Positions 10,149 through 21,233 of a DNA stretch of 64,000 nucleotides are shown here, in pieces. Position 1 is the stretch's first letter. Every line of letters starts with the position of its first letter. This DNA is from Burkholderiales bacterium. GTDB taxonomy: Bacteria > Pseudomonadota > Gammaproteobacteria > Burkholderiales > Eutrophovitaceae. The position numbers were made by a program, and so were the translations under genes. Where the stretch lies: NCBI GenBank assembly GCA_035560005.1, contig DATMAN010000101.1, positions 37,818 to 101,817 of the forward strand, written 5' to 3'. Under the pieces are notes generated by a model that saw nothing but the letters and a program-made list of their open reading frames with translations, searched no databases and was not told where the DNA came from.

Positions 10149-11323
10149 CAGGCGGCCAGTTCGCGCTCCTCGGAGCGGCGCGGCGGATACGTCTCCCAGC
10201 CGTTGCAGGCCGGGCAATGCCAGTAGAACTGACGCGCCTTGAACCCGCAGCTCTCGCAGCGATACATCGCCAGGCTCCTGGTGTGCTGATGCACGAGGTT
10301 CTTGATCATCTGCAGATCGTTTCGACGCTCTGCCGGAGCGTCGAGCAGTTGCGCCTCCAGCAGCTTGTCCAGCCCCAACAGCGTCGGATTGCGCGCCAGT
10401 TCCGCACGCACCAGACGGTAGGCCGGCTCGGCGCCTTCGTGCTCGAGCTCGCCCTGAAACGTGACGTTGAGCAGATCGAGCGATGGATAGCTGGCCAGAT
10501 AAGCGCGCAGCAGCCGCAACCCTTCTTCCGTCTTTCCGAGCTGACGATGCGCGGCGAGCAGCTTGTCGGCAACCAGCGCGAGGTAGGCGGGATTCTGTTG
10601 CTCGATACGCTTCCAGCACTCGATCGCACGCTCGAGATTGCCAAGGGTCAGTTCGATGTCCCCTTGCAGAATCGTCGCCCGGGCGCACTTGCGGTTGACC
10701 GAAAGCGCCTCCGCCAGATAGGAGCGCGCCGCATCCCAGCGCGAGCGGTTCATTTCGATGGCCGCAAGCTCGCAGTAATAGTTTGCGATGTCCTTCGCGC
10801 TGGAGCGCCCAGTGACGGCGTCCATCTTGCGCGAGGTGGCGATGGCTTTTTTCCAGTCCTTTTCCTGCTCGTAGATCTCGAGCAAGAACTTCAGTCCCTG
10901 CTGTTCGTACTGGGTGCCCTCGAGCTTGGCGAACAGCTCCTCGGCCCGGTCGAGCAGCCCGGCCTTGAGGTAGTCCTGCGCCAGCTCGTAGAGCGCCTGC
11001 AGGCGCTGCTCGCGCGCGAGATCGGGCCGGTCCAGCAGGTTCTCGTGCATGCGTATCGCGCGCTCGACCTCTCCGCGTCGGCGAAACAGGCTGCCTAGCG
11101 CGAAATGCAGTTCCACGGTCTGCGGATCGACCTTGACGAGTTCGATGAATGTCTCGATCGCCTTGTCCTGCTGCTCGTTGAGCAGGAAGTTCAGCCCCTT
11201 GAAGTACGACATCGGCAGTGCGCGCGACTCTGAGAGCAGCTGCTTGATGTCCACGCGTGCGGCGAGCCAGCCGAGCGCAAAGAACAGCGGAAAGCCGAGA
11301 AGCCACCAGAACTCGAATTCCAT
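10148..11323 (-). CDS. lapB: Lipopolysaccharide assembly protein LapB (YciM)
   Basis: N-terminal TM helix, TPR repeats and a C-terminal rubredoxin-like [21 protein letters not shown]. Start at ATG 11323 (MEFEFWW). Confidence 0.9.
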   Translation of the reverse strand: MEFEFWWLLGFPLFFALGWLAARVDIKQLLSESRALPMSYFKGLNFLLNEQQDKAIETFIELVKVDPQTVELHFALGSLFRRRGEVERAIRMHENLLDRPDLAREQRLQALYELAQDYLKAGLLDRAEELFAKLEGTQYEQQGLKFLLEIYEQEKDWKKAIATSRKMDAVTGRSSAKDIANYYCELAAIEMNRSRWDAARSYLAEALSVNRKCARATILQGDIELTLGNLERAIECWKRIEQQNPAYLALVADKLLAAHRQLGKTEEGLRLLRAYLASYPSLDLLNVTFQGELEHEGAEPAYRLVRAELARNPTLLGLDKLLEAQLLDAPAERRNDLQMIKNLVHQHTRSLAMYRCESCGFKARQFYWHCPACNGWETYPPRRSEERELAA

Positions 11324-11336
11324 GCGACACCGACGC

Positions 11337-11600
11337 CTAGCGCGCCTCCTCGGATGAGTGGGCGCGAAGCTGCTTACGCAGTCGCACGCTTTCCCTGCGC
11401 TGGCGCAGCATCTTGCCCAGACCCGCGACCAGCCCAGTGGCCACGCCAAGCACGTATGCGACCAGCAAGACGAACACCAGAGGCACCTCCCACTGGCTGC
11501 CGAGGTAGAAACGGACAAGCACGGGATCGGTGTTCTTCGCGGCGAACCCGAGAATCACCAGGAATACGGCAAACCGCACAACCCACGCCACTATGCGCAT
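11337..11600 (-). CDS. lapA: Lipopolysaccharide assembly protein LapA (YciS, DUF1049)
   Basis: 87-aa two-TM protein immediately upstream of lapB, the conserved lapAB arrangement. Confidence 0.8.
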   Translation of the reverse strand: MRIVAWVVRFAVFLVILGFAAKNTDPVLVRFYLGSQWEVPLVFVLLVAYVLGVATGLVAGLGKMLRQRRESVRLRKQLRAHSSEEAR

Positions 11601-11711
11601 GACAGTCTACATCCGGTTCGTGTGCGCAATACCCCTGCGACCCAAAAAAAAGCGGCACCTCCGAGGACGGTGCCGCCGTGCTCCAATGCTGCTGGCCACC
11701 AGTACGCCGCG

Positions 11712-11999
11712 CTACTGCTTCTTGAGGTCCACGCGCTCGCGCAATTCCTTGCCGGCCTTGAAATGCGGCACATACTTCGCTGGCACGTGCACCTTGTCCC
11801 CGGACTTCGGATTGCGGCCGATGCGCGGAGGGCGGTAGTTCAGTCCGAAGCTCCCGAACCCGCGGATCTCGATGCGATGCCCCTGGGCCAGGCTCCTGGC
11901 CATCGCGTCCAGGATCATCTTCACCGCGAGTTCGGCGTCGCTCGCCACCAGCTGCGGGAAATGCGCAGCGAGCCTTGCGATCAGCTCCGACTTGGTCAT
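11712..11999 (-). CDS. ihfB: Integration host factor beta subunit
   Basis: MTKSELI...IEIRGFGSF...[26 protein letters not shown] is the canonical IHF-beta sequence. Confidence 0.95.
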   Translation of the reverse strand: MTKSELIARLAAHFPQLVASDAELAVKMILDAMARSLAQGHRIEIRGFGSFGLNYRPPRIGRNPKSGDKVHVPAKYVPHFKAGKELRERVDLKKQ

Positions 12000-12008
12000 G
12001 GGCGCATC

Positions 12009-13724
12009 CTATTGCGAATTCTTGTTGTCCAGCTTGGCCTTGAGCAGCGCGCCGAGGTTGGTCGTGCCCGCGCTCGACACCTCGGTGGCGTGCTTCTGCA
12101 GCGCCTCGGCTTCCTCGGCGGCTTCCTTGGCCTTGATCGAGAGGTTGATGTTGCGGTTCTTGCGGTCGATGTTGATGATCATCACCGACACGCGGTCACC
12201 CTCCTTGAGGTGGCTGCGGATGTCTTCCACGCGATCACGCGAGACTTCGGAAGCCCGCAGATAGCCGTCCACGTCGCCTTCGAGCTGGATGACCGCCCCC
12301 TTGGGATCGAGCGACTTCACGATGCCCTCCACGATGCTGCCCTTGTCGTGGCTGGCGACATAGTTCGAGAACGGATCGCCTTCGAGCTGCTTGATGCCGA
12401 GCGAGATACGCTCGCGCTCGACATCGATCGACAACACCATGGCCTCGACCTCGTCGCCCTTCTTGTACTTTCGCACCGCCTCCTCGCCTGGGGTCGACCA
12501 GGAAAGGTCCGACAGGTGCACCAGCCCGTCGATGCCCCCGGGCAGACCGATGAAGATGCCGAAATCGGTGATCGACTTGATCTGACCGCGGACCTTGTCG
12601 CCCTTCTTGAAGTTCTGCGCGAACTCCTCCCACGGATTGGGCCTGCACTGCTTCATGCCGAGCGAGATGCGGCGGCGTTCCTCGTCGATTTCCAGGATCA
12701 TCACCTCCACTTCATCGCCCACCTGCACCACCTTGGCCGGATGAACGTTCTTGTTGGTCCAGTCCATCTCCGACACGTGCACCAGGCCCTCGATGCCGGA
12801 CTCGATCTCCACGAAGGCGCCGTAATCGGTGAGGTTGGAGACTTTGCCGAACAGGCGGGTGCCCGCCGGGTAGCGCCGCGCGAGCCCGACCCAGGGGTCT
12901 TCGCCCAGTTGCTTCAGCCCCAGCGAAACGCGGTTCTTCTCCTGATCGAACTTCAGGACCTTGGCGGTGACCTCATCGCCTACGTTGACCACTTCGGTCG
13001 GATGCTTGACTCTGCGCCACGCCAGATCGGTGATGTGCAGCAGCCCGTCGATGCCGCCGAGGTCGACGAACGCGCCGTAGTCGGTGATGTTCTTGACCAC
13101 ACCCTTGACGATGGCGCCCTCCTGGAGCGTCTCGAGCAGTTTCTGGCGCTCCTCGCCCTGGCTGGCCTCGAGCACCGCCCGGCGCGAGACGACCACGTTG
13201 TTACGCTTGCGGTCGAGCTTGATGACCTTGAACTCGAGCTGCTTGCCCTCGTACGGATTGGTGTCCTTCACCGGACGGATGTCCACCAGCGATCCGGGAA
13301 GAAACGCCCGGATACCGTTGATCATCACGGTCAGTCCGCCCTTGACCTTGCCGTTGACGAGCCCCTGGACGAGCCGGCCTTCCTCCATCGCCTTTTCCAG
13401 TTCCTGCCAGGCCGCCAGGCGCTTGGCCTTTTCGCGCGAGAGCCTGGTCTCGCCGTAACCGTCTTCCAGCGCTTCGATCGCGACGCTGACGTAGTCGCCC
13501 GGCTTGACCTCGATCTCGCCACGATCGTTCTTGAATTCTTCCGTCGGTATATAGCTCTCGGACTTCAGTCCGGCGTTGACCACGACGAAGTTGGGATCCA
13601 CGCGCACGACTTCCGCCGTGATGACTTCGCCCGCCCGCATCTCCTGTCTGGCGAGGCTTTCTTCGAACAGGGAGGCGAAGCTTTCGGGTCCGGCTGGAGT
13701 CGAGGTGTGGGATGCAGTTTTCAT
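12009..13724 (-). CDS. rpsA: 30S ribosomal protein S1
   Basis: Six S1 repeats and an N-terminal [14 protein letters not shown] 13724 is preferred over the TTG at 13739 used by the ORF track. Confidence 0.95.
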   Translation of the reverse strand: MKTASHTSTPAGPESFASLFEESLARQEMRAGEVITAEVVRVDPNFVVVNAGLKSESYIPTEEFKNDRGEIEVKPGDYVSVAIEALEDGYGETRLSREKAKRLAAWQELEKAMEEGRLVQGLVNGKVKGGLTVMINGIRAFLPGSLVDIRPVKDTNPYEGKQLEFKVIKLDRKRNNVVVSRRAVLEASQGEERQKLLETLQEGAIVKGVVKNITDYGAFVDLGGIDGLLHITDLAWRRVKHPTEVVNVGDEVTAKVLKFDQEKNRVSLGLKQLGEDPWVGLARRYPAGTRLFGKVSNLTDYGAFVEIESGIEGLVHVSEMDWTNKNVHPAKVVQVGDEVEVMILEIDEERRRISLGMKQCRPNPWEEFAQNFKKGDKVRGQIKSITDFGIFIGLPGGIDGLVHLSDLSWSTPGEEAVRKYKKGDEVEAMVLSIDVERERISLGIKQLEGDPFSNYVASHDKGSIVEGIVKSLDPKGAVIQLEGDVDGYLRASEVSRDRVEDIRSHLKEGDRVSVMIINIDRKNRNINLSIKAKEAAEEAEALQKHATEVSSAGTTNLGALLKAKLDNKNSQ

Positions 13725-13843
13725 GGACAGAATCGACAAAAAATCCGCTCACGTACAAGCGGGTCAGTGGATCAACCCATCCGAAAGACCGAAAAACCGG
13801 CCTGCGGCCCGGTACGCCGGTCCGCCGAAGTCATGCTCTCCAA

Positions 13844-15814
13844 TCAGTGGGATGGGGCCCTGCGCAAGGCCTCCGCGCTCCAATCGAGCACCCGATCGAC
13901 TGCTTCCTCGATCGTTAAGCACGTTGTATCAAGCACTTGGGCGCCTGCGCTCTTCTGCAAAGGGGCAACGCTGCGCCTCGTGTCGCGGGCGTCGCGTTGC
14001 TCGATGTCTCGCAAAAGGGCCGCCAGAGTAGCATTTAACCCTTTGTCTATCAACTGTTTATGGCGGCGCTCTGCACGCGCCTCGACACTCGCGGTGAGGA
14101 AAACCTTGAGTACCGCATCCGGGAACACCACGCTGCCCATGTCGCGCCCCTCGGCGACCAATCCCGGCGGCCTGCGAAAGCTTCGCTGGAGTTGCATAAG
14201 CGCCTGACGCACGGCGGGAATTGCAGCCACCCGGGAGGCTGCCTCGGCAACGTCTTCGGTCCTGATGGCCTCCGTGACGTCCTCCCCGGCCAGCATGATG
14301 CGGGTGCCGGAGAAAGCCACGGGCAACGAGCGCGCCGCCTGTGCCAGGCGCTCGGAATCGTCCAGCGAGACGCGGCTTCGCAGAGCGTGCAGCGCGACCA
14401 GGCGGTACAGCGCGCCGCTGTCCAGGTAGTGGAAACCGAGGGCTTGCGCCACGCGTTGCGCAATCGTGCCCTTGCCCGACCCGGAGGGGCCGTCGATCGC
14501 AATGACCGGTGCCGCGGTGATGGCCGCAAAGCGTTCGAAGTAATCGGGAAAGGTCTTCGAAACGCAAGCCGGATCATTGATGCGCACCCGCACGCCGCCG
14601 AGCGAGACCAGGGAAAAACACATCGCGATGCGATGATCGTCGTACGTGTCGATCGCCACGTCCGGCCGCAGACCGGTCGCCGGCGGAGTCACGATCAGGT
14701 AATCGGGGCCTTCTTCAACGCTGGCGCCGACCTTGCGCAATTCGTTGGCCATGGCCACGATGCGGTCGGTCTCCTTGACGCGCCAGCTGCCCACGTTGCG
14801 CAGGCGGCTGGTACCGTCGCAGAACAAGGCGACGATGGCGAGCGTCATCCCCGCGTCCGGTATGTGATTTAAGTCCAGATCGACCGCTCTGAGCCGGCCG
14901 GACTCCGGAGCCCGCGCTTCGATCCAGCGATCTCCCATGTCCACACGCGCGCCGCATGCCTGCAGCACTTCGACGAACCGGACATCGCCTTGAATGCTGC
15001 TCCTGCCGACGCCTTCGACGCGCACCGGCCCGCCCCCGATGGCACCGGCGGCGAGGAAATAGGACGCGCCGGATGCATCGCCCTCGACGTGGATTTCTCC
15101 CGGTGCGATGTACGCTGCGTCGGCGGCGACGCGGAATCGCGCCCAGCCTTCGCGCGCGACGCTCACGCCGAAGCGCGCCATCAGGTCGAGCGTCATCTCG
15201 ACATAGGGCTTCGATATCAGTTCGCCCACGACCTCGACGGTCGTTTCGCGCCCTAGCAGCGGCAGTGCCATCAGCAGGGCCGAAAGGAACTGGCTCGAGA
15301 TCTCGCCACGCATGCGAACCGTGGCCACCGCATTCAATTGCGCCGGCAGAATCTCCAGGGGCGGATAGCCCTCGCGTTCCAGATAGCGGATCCGAGCGCC
15401 GATCGAGCGCAGCGCGTCCACCAGGTCGCCGATGGGCCGCTCGTGCATGCGCGGCACGCCGCTCACCCGGTAATGGCCACCGTTGAGCGCCAGCACGGCG
15501 GTCAGGGGCCGCAACGCCGTGCCGGCGTTGCCGAGGAAAAGCTGCGCCGACCTCGCCGGGAAGCGGCCGCCGCAACCGACGATCCGACAGCGGGTCGGAT
15601 CCGCAGCGCGCTCGACGGTGACCCCGAGGCGTACCAGGGCATCGACCATGCGATCGGTATCGTCGGAGATCAGCAGATCGCGAATGCGGGTCTCGCCCCG
15701 TGCCAGCGCGGCGAGCAGCAGGACGCGATTGGAGATGCTCTTCGAGCCCGGCAGGCGCACCGTTCCCGCCGCGCCGTAAAAGGGTCCGAGCTCGATGTAG
15801 GGTGTACCCTTCAC
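13844..15814 (-). CDS. aroA: Bifunctional 3-phosphoshikimate 1-carboxyvinyltransferase / cytidylate kinase (AroA-Cmk fusion)
   Basis: AroA motifs ([21 protein letters not shown]) run without a stop into the Cmk P-loop ([14 protein letters not shown]). GTG 15814 forms a GTGA overlap with the tyrA stop. The track ORF extends spuriously to 16189. Confidence 0.88.
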   Translation of the reverse strand: MKGTPYIELGPFYGAAGTVRLPGSKSISNRVLLLAALARGETRIRDLLISDDTDRMVDALVRLGVTVERAADPTRCRIVGCGGRFPARSAQLFLGNAGTALRPLTAVLALNGGHYRVSGVPRMHERPIGDLVDALRSIGARIRYLEREGYPPLEILPAQLNAVATVRMRGEISSQFLSALLMALPLLGRETTVEVVGELISKPYVEMTLDLMARFGVSVAREGWARFRVAADAAYIAPGEIHVEGDASGASYFLAAGAIGGGPVRVEGVGRSSIQGDVRFVEVLQACGARVDMGDRWIEARAPESGRLRAVDLDLNHIPDAGMTLAIVALFCDGTSRLRNVGSWRVKETDRIVAMANELRKVGASVEEGPDYLIVTPPATGLRPDVAIDTYDDHRIAMCFSLVSLGGVRVRINDPACVSKTFPDYFERFAAITAAPVIAIDGPSGSGKGTIAQRVAQALGFHYLDSGALYRLVALHALRSRVSLDDSERLAQAARSLPVAFSGTRIMLAGEDVTEAIRTEDVAEAASRVAAIPAVRQALMQLQRSFRRPPGLVAEGRDMGSVVFPDAVLKVFLTASVEARAERRHKQLIDKGLNATLAALLRDIEQRDARDTRRSVAPLQKSAGAQVLDTTCLTIEEAVDRVLDWSAEALRRAPSH

Positions 15815-16689
15815 GGCGTCTTGCGCAACCAGGCTTCGCGGGCGTTGCGCGCCGCTTCGAAGACTCGAGCCAGCGCCTCGCCGTCCCCTGCGCGGATGAG
15901 CGCGGCGACCTCGCCGAGCGCGCCTTGAAACGCTTCCAGGTCGGCGGCGATCGCGTCGCGGTTGGCGATGCAGATGTCGCGCCACATCTCGGGGGAGCTG
16001 CTGGCGATGCGCGTGAAATCGCGGAAGCCGCTTGCGGCGAACGAAAACAGCTCCTCCGCGCCGTCGCGGGCGGCGATCATGTGAACCAGCGCGTAAGCCA
16101 CTACGTGCGGAAGGTGACTGACGGCCGAAAATACTTCGTCGTGATGCTCCGGCGTCATGCGGGTGATACGGGCGCCGCAGGCGCGCCACATCGACTCCAC
16201 GAGCTCCACGGCTTCTGCGCGATTCTCCGGCAAGGGCGTGATGACCACGCGCTTGCCTTCGAAAAGCTCCGCGCTTGCGGCCTGCACGCCGGTATGTTCC
16301 GCCCCAGCGACGGGGTGTGCAGGCACGATGTTCGGAGCGGGCGCACCGACGACCTCGCGCACCGCCGCCACGAAATCGCGCTTGGTGCTGCCGGCATCCG
16401 TGATCACGGTGCCGGCGCGCGCAGCGCCTTTCAGACGCTCCAGCACGCGGATGGTCTGCTGCACCGGGACGGCGATCAGCACCAGGTCGGCCTGCCGGGC
16501 GGCGAGGGCCGGATCCTCCGCCGCTTCATCGATCACACCGAGTTCGAGCGCACGCGCAATGTTGCCGCGGGAGCGGCCCACGCCGATCACGCGATCGACC
16601 CGGCCCGCGCGCTTCAGACGCGCGGCGACCGACCCCCCGATCAGGCCCACGCCGACGATAGCCAGCTTCTTGAAGTGGAGTCGATCCAA
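15811..16689 (-). CDS. tyrA: Prephenate dehydrogenase
   Basis: [17 protein letters not shown]-binding motif and PDH domain. The apparent start is TTG. Confidence 0.85.
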   Translation of the reverse strand: MDRLHFKKLAIVGVGLIGGSVAARLKRAGRVDRVIGVGRSRGNIARALELGVIDEAAEDPALAARQADLVLIAVPVQQTIRVLERLKGAARAGTVITDAGSTKRDFVAAVREVVGAPAPNIVPAHPVAGAEHTGVQAASAELFEGKRVVITPLPENRAEAVELVESMWRACGARITRMTPEHHDEVFSAVSHLPHVVAYALVHMIAARDGAEELFSFAASGFRDFTRIASSSPEMWRDICIANRDAIAADLEAFQGALGEVAALIRAGDGEALARVFEAARNAREAWLRKTP

Positions 16690-16720
16690 TGCAGGGAGGG
16701 ATCAGTGCGAGGACGCCGCG

Positions 16721-17857
16721 TCAGGCCCCGGCCCGAAGCACCTGCGCCAGCGCAGCCAGGAAGCGCTCGTTCTCAGACGCCAGCCCCACCGACACCCGCA
16801 GGTGCTCGGGCATCGCGTACGAAGCCACTGGGCGGACGATGACGCCTTTGCGCAGCAGCTTCTGATAGATCTCCTGCGCCTTGCCCACGCGCACGCTGAT
16901 GAAGTTGGCCTTGGAAGGTATCCATTGCAAGCCGAGTCGCTTGAAACCGTCGGTGAGTTGCTGCATCCCTTGCTGGTTCAGCTCGAAACTGCGAGCGACG
17001 AACGCCTCGTCATCCAGGGCTGCCACGGCTGCGGACTGCGCGATGCTGCTCACATTGAAGGGCTGGCGCACACGATTCATCAGGTCCGCGACCCGGGGAT
17101 GTGCGGCTGCAAAGCCCACCCTGAGCCCCGCCAGTCCGTACGCCTTCGAGAACGTCCTGGACACCAGGAGATTGGGGAACTGACCGATCCAGCGCAGGCT
17201 CTCCGCCTGATCCGATGCGGGGAGATATTCGTTGTAAGCCTCGTCCAGCACCACCAGCACCGTGCTCGGCAGCTTGCGCAAGAAGGCCAGCACCGCTTCC
17301 GGCGGCACCCAGGTGCCGGTCGGATTGTTGGGGTTGGCGACGAAGACGACCCGGGTGTCGTGCCGTACCGCCGCCGCCATGGCCTCAAGGTCATGGCCAA
17401 AATCGCGCGCCGGCACTTCGATTCCTGTCGCGCCCGCGGCCTGGACCGCGAGGGGATAGACGGCGAAGGCGTGCCGGGAATACACCGCGCTTGCGCCGGG
17501 TGCGAGAAAGGTGCGCGCGGCGAGTTCCAGAACGTCGTTGGAACCATTGCCCAGAACGATCTGCTGCGCGTTGATACGGTAGCGCCGACAAAGCGCCTGC
17601 TTGAGTTCGTACCCGTTGCCGTCGGGGTAGCGTCCCACGCCCTCCAGCGCGGCCGCGGCGGCCGCCAAGGCGCGCGGGCTTGCCCCCAGCGGATTCTCGT
17701 TGGACGCAAGCTTGATGATTGCGGCCTCTTCCAGACCCAGTTCCCGCGCCAGCTCGGAGACCGGCTTGCCGGGCTGGTACGGTGCAATGGCGCGCACATA
17801 GGGCGGCGCGCAATCGCACAGGTCGAGAGAATCGGCGAGGGCTTGCGGTTTGTTCAT
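16721..17857 (-). CDS. hisC: Histidinol-phosphate/aromatic aminotransferase
   Basis: LASNENPLG, NPNNPTG and SRTFSKAYGLAGLRVG (PLP lysine) motifs. ATG 17857 overlaps the pheA stop (ATGA). Confidence 0.9.
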   Translation of the reverse strand: MNKPQALADSLDLCDCAPPYVRAIAPYQPGKPVSELARELGLEEAAIIKLASNENPLGASPRALAAAAAALEGVGRYPDGNGYELKQALCRRYRINAQQIVLGNGSNDVLELAARTFLAPGASAVYSRHAFAVYPLAVQAAGATGIEVPARDFGHDLEAMAAAVRHDTRVVFVANPNNPTGTWVPPEAVLAFLRKLPSTVLVVLDEAYNEYLPASDQAESLRWIGQFPNLLVSRTFSKAYGLAGLRVGFAAAHPRVADLMNRVRQPFNVSSIAQSAAVAALDDEAFVARSFELNQQGMQQLTDGFKRLGLQWIPSKANFISVRVGKAQEIYQKLLRKGVIVRPVASYAMPEHLRVSVGLASENERFLAALAQVLRAGA

Positions 17858-18921
17858 GAGATGGCCACGGGGTAGGAGCCCAGGATCTTGAGGAAAGCGG
17901 CACGGTTGCGCACTTCTTCGAGGGCGTGGGCCACATGGGGCTCTGTGCGATGCCCTTCGACATCGACGAAGAAGACGTATTCCCAAAGGCCGGTGCGCGA
18001 AGGCCGGGACTCCAGACGAGTCATACTCACCGCGTTCTGCGCAAGTGGAGTAAGCAACTCGTGGATCGCGCCGGGACGGTTCTTCGCCGACATGATGAAC
18101 GAGGTCTTGTCCTTGCCCGAGGCCAGCGCATCGTCTGGGGCCAGCACGGCGAAGCGCGTCGTGTTGTTCGGATCGTCCTCGATGTTGGGCACGAGCACCG
18201 GCAGCTGATACTGCTCCGAGGCCATGCGCCCGGCCACGGCCGCCGACTCGGCGTCCTCGGCGGCCCGGCGTGCCGCCTCGGCATTGCTGCCGACGGGAAT
18301 CCGTTCAGCGTGCGGGCAATGCGCGTTCAACCAGCCGTTGCACTGCGCCAGGCTTTGCGCGTGCGAGTAGATGCGCCGGATGGCGCCCGGGTCGCGCAGC
18401 CGCGACAGCAGGTTCTGGTGAATCGGCAAGAGCACCTCGCCGCAGATCTTGAGCGGCGTGGAGACCAGCAGATCGAGCGTGCGCCCGACGGCGCCTTCCG
18501 TGGAATTCTCGACCGGAACCACCGCATAGCCCACGGTCCCCGCTTCGACGGTCCGGAACACGTCGTCGATCGAGGGGCACAGGACCGCTGGTGCCTGGCC
18601 GCCGAAATGTTTCATCACCGCTTCTTCGCTGAAGGTGCCCCGGGGCCCAAGGCAGGCCACCGCAAACGCATCCTCCAGGGCACGGCAGGCGGAAATGATC
18701 TCGGTGAACAGGTGGGTGACGGCCTTGGCCGGCAGCGGGCCCGCGTTGCGCTCGGCCAGCCGCCGCAGTACTTGCGCCTCGCGTTCGGGGCGGTACACCG
18801 TAGCCTCGCCCTTGAGCTTGCCGATCTCGCGGGCCAGTTGAGCACGCTCGTTCACCAGTCGCAGCAGCTCGTCGTCGAGCCGGTCGATGCGGTCGCGCAG
18901 CGCTTTGAGCGGGTTGGACAT
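17854..18921 (-). CDS. pheA: Chorismate mutase / prephenate dehydratase (P-protein)
   Basis: N-terminal CM_2 (LRDRIDRLDDELLRLVNERAQLA), PDT domain, and C-terminal ACT domain with the ESRPS motif. Confidence 0.92.
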   Translation of the reverse strand: MSNPLKALRDRIDRLDDELLRLVNERAQLAREIGKLKGEATVYRPEREAQVLRRLAERNAGPLPAKAVTHLFTEIISACRALEDAFAVACLGPRGTFSEEAVMKHFGGQAPAVLCPSIDDVFRTVEAGTVGYAVVPVENSTEGAVGRTLDLLVSTPLKICGEVLLPIHQNLLSRLRDPGAIRRIYSHAQSLAQCNGWLNAHCPHAERIPVGSNAEAARRAAEDAESAAVAGRMASEQYQLPVLVPNIEDDPNNTTRFAVLAPDDALASGKDKTSFIMSAKNRPGAIHELLTPLAQNAVSMTRLESRPSRTGLWEYVFFVDVEGHRTEPHVAHALEEVRNRAAFLKILGSYPVAIS

Positions 18922-18922
18922 C

Positions 18923-20110
18923 TCAGGCCTGGTCCGCCGGCAGATAGCGCACAGCCAGCACGCCGTCGATGGCGGCCAGCTCTTCGATGACCTTGGCGGG
19001 AACGGGACTGTCGACGTCGACCAGGGTATAGGCCATGTCCTGCTTCGACTTGTTGATCATGTTATGGATGTTCAAGCCCGCCCGGGCCACGGTGGTGGAG
19101 ATCTGGCCGACCATGTTGGGCACGTTGGCATTGGCGATGCCCAGCCGATAAGGCGATTCCCTGGCCATCAGCACGTCGGGAAAATTGACGGCGTTGCGGA
19201 TGTTGCCGTGCTCGAGGTAGTCGCGCATCTGATCCACCACCATCACCGCGCAGTTGTCCTCCGCCTCGCGCGTGGAGGCGCCGACGTGAGGCAGGGCGAT
19301 CACCCCAGGATGCCCGACAAGTCCGGCGGCCGGAAAGTCGCACACGTAGTAGCGCAACCGCTTCGCGGCCAGCGCCTCGACCACGGCCACATTGTCGACG
19401 ATACCCTCGCGCGAGAAGTTGAGCAGTACCGCCCCGTGTTTCATCAGCGCGAGGCGCCGCTCGTTGATCAGATTGCGCGTGGACTCCAGCAGCGGCACGT
19501 GCAGCGTGACGAACTCCGAGCCGCGCACGATCTCTTCGACCGAATGGGCTTTGCGCACCTGCGAGGGCAGGCTCCATGCGGCATCGACGGTAATGTCCGG
19601 ATCGTAGCCGTGCACGTTCATCCCGAGCTTGATCGCCGCGTCGGCCACCAGGCTGCCGATCCTGCCGAGTCCGATGACCCCCAGCGTGTGATGTGGCAGT
19701 TCGATACCGGCAAAGTGCCTCTTCTCCTCCTCGATGCGCAGGTTGATGCGCTCATCGCTGCCGCTCAACCCCTCCACGAACTTCAGCGCCGCCGGAATAT
19801 TGCGCGCCGCCATGAGCATGCCCGCCAGCACCAGTTCCTTGACTGCGTTGGCATTCGCTCCCGGTGCGTTGAACACCGGAATGCCGCGGGAATTCATCGC
19901 CTTTACCGGAATGTTGTTCACGCCCACCCCCGCCCGCCCGATCGCCTTGACAGAGGGCGGGATAGGCATCGAGTGCATGTCCTGGGAGCGCACCAGCACC
20001 GCGTCGGGATTGTCGATCTGCGCGCCGACCGCGTACCTGTCGGGCGGAAGGCGCTTCAATCCGGCGTGGGAGATGTTGTTGAGGGTCAGGATACGCAGCT
20101 TCTCAGCCAT
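18923..20110 (-). CDS. serA: D-3-phosphoglycerate dehydrogenase
   Basis: 2-hydroxyacid dehydrogenase fold (GVIGLGRIGSLVA NAD motif) plus a C-terminal ACT-like domain, adjacent to serC. Confidence 0.85.
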   Translation of the reverse strand: MAEKLRILTLNNISHAGLKRLPPDRYAVGAQIDNPDAVLVRSQDMHSMPIPPSVKAIGRAGVGVNNIPVKAMNSRGIPVFNAPGANANAVKELVLAGMLMAARNIPAALKFVEGLSGSDERINLRIEEEKRHFAGIELPHHTLGVIGLGRIGSLVADAAIKLGMNVHGYDPDITVDAAWSLPSQVRKAHSVEEIVRGSEFVTLHVPLLESTRNLINERRLALMKHGAVLLNFSREGIVDNVAVVEALAAKRLRYYVCDFPAAGLVGHPGVIALPHVGASTREAEDNCAVMVVDQMRDYLEHGNIRNAVNFPDVLMARESPYRLGIANANVPNMVGQISTTVARAGLNIHNMINKSKQDMAYTLVDVDSPVPAKVIEELAAIDGVLAVRYLPADQA

Positions 20111-21192
20111 CAGCCGTAGCGTTTTTCGAAGTCGCGCATGAACTCCACCAGCGTTCTCACGCCCTCCATCGGCATGGCGTTGTAGATGGAGGCGCGCATG
20201 CCACCCACCGAGCGATGACCCTTGAGCTGCACCAGCCCGTGCGACGCCGCCTCTTTCAGGAAGGTCTCGTCCAGCGCCTCGTCCCTCAGCCGGAAGGCAA
20301 CGTTCATGCGCGAGCGATCTTCCTTCTCCACCGGGCAGTGGTAAAAGCCACTCGAATCCAGACAGTCATAGAGCAGGCCGGACTTGGCGATGGCTTCCCG
20401 CTCCATTGCGGCAAGCCCGCCGCGCTGCTTCACCCACTGGAAAACCAGTCCCGCGATGTACACCGCGTAGGTCGGCGGGGTGTTGTACATCCAACCATTG
20501 TCGGCATGGATCTTGTAATCAAGCATCGCCGGCGTGCCGGCCGAAGCCTGTCCGACCAGGTCGTCGCGGATGATGACAATGGTCAGCCCCGCCGGCCCGA
20601 TGTTCTTCTGCGCACCGGCATAGATCGCACCGTAGCGCGAGACGTCGATCGGTCGCGACAGGATGTGGGAGGACATGTCCGCGACCAGAGGCACCTTCCC
20701 GGTGTCAGGGACCCAGTGGTACTCGACGCCCCCGATGGTTTCGTTGCTCGTGATGTGAACGTAGGCTGCGTCCGCATCGAGTTTCCAGTCCGACTGTTTC
20801 GGCACGTAGCTGAAATGACGGTCTTCACTGCTGGCCGCTACGTTGACGGCGCAAAATTTCCGTGCCTCGCCGATCGCTTTCCTGGCCCATTCTCCGGTAT
20901 GGATGTAATCGGCCTTCTTTCTGCCACGCAAGAGGTTCAACGGCACCATGGCGAACTGCAGAGTCGCGCCACCCTGCAGGAAGAGCAGACGATAGTTCGA
21001 CGGCACCGCGAGCAGTTCGCGCAGGTCCGCCTCAGCCGTTTCCGCGATCGAGAGGAACTCCTTGCCGCGGTGGCTCATCTCCATCACCGACATGCCGGTG
21101 CCGCGCCAATCGAGCATCTCGTCGCGCGCCTGTGCCAGCACCGGTTCCGGCAGCACGGCCGGACCGGCGCTGAAATTGAACACTCTGCCCAC
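20110..21192 (-). CDS. serC: Phosphoserine aminotransferase
   Basis: RVFNFSAGPAVLP N-terminus and class V aminotransferase features. GTG 21192, preceded by GGAAGGAAG, is preferred over the track's TTG 21225. Confidence 0.9.
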   Translation of the reverse strand: MGRVFNFSAGPAVLPEPVLAQARDEMLDWRGTGMSVMEMSHRGKEFLSIAETAEADLRELLAVPSNYRLLFLQGGATLQFAMVPLNLLRGRKKADYIHTGEWARKAIGEARKFCAVNVAASSEDRHFSYVPKQSDWKLDADAAYVHITSNETIGGVEYHWVPDTGKVPLVADMSSHILSRPIDVSRYGAIYAGAQKNIGPAGLTIVIIRDDLVGQASAGTPAMLDYKIHADNGWMYNTPPTYAVYIAGLVFQWVKQRGGLAAMEREAIAKSGLLYDCLDSSGFYHCPVEKEDRSRMNVAFRLRDEALDETFLKEAASHGLVQLKGHRSVGGMRASIYNAMPMEGVRTLVEFMRDFEKRYG

Positions 21193-21233
21193 TGCCTTGC
21201 TTCCTTCCAAGAACTGCGCGACCAAGCGTTGCG

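Noticed and set aside
11358-14207. 949-aa ORF on the + strand; similar long ORFs occur at 7492..9540, 42710..44539, 45630..47663, 18887..20119 and 24021..25145
   Set aside because: All are antisense to genes with strong, recognisable homology (rpsA/ihfB, ugd/hldA, TBDR, kinase, serA, OmpA-like). Their translations are Arg/Ala/Gly/Pro-rich low-complexity sequence, which is the usual open-frame artefact of high-GC DNA.
13844-16189. N-terminal 125 aa of the 781-aa track ORF (15815..16189)
   Set aside because: This portion overlaps tyrA in another frame and is Arg/Pro-rich. AroA homology starts at VKGTPYIEL, where a GTG forms a GTGA junction with the tyrA stop.
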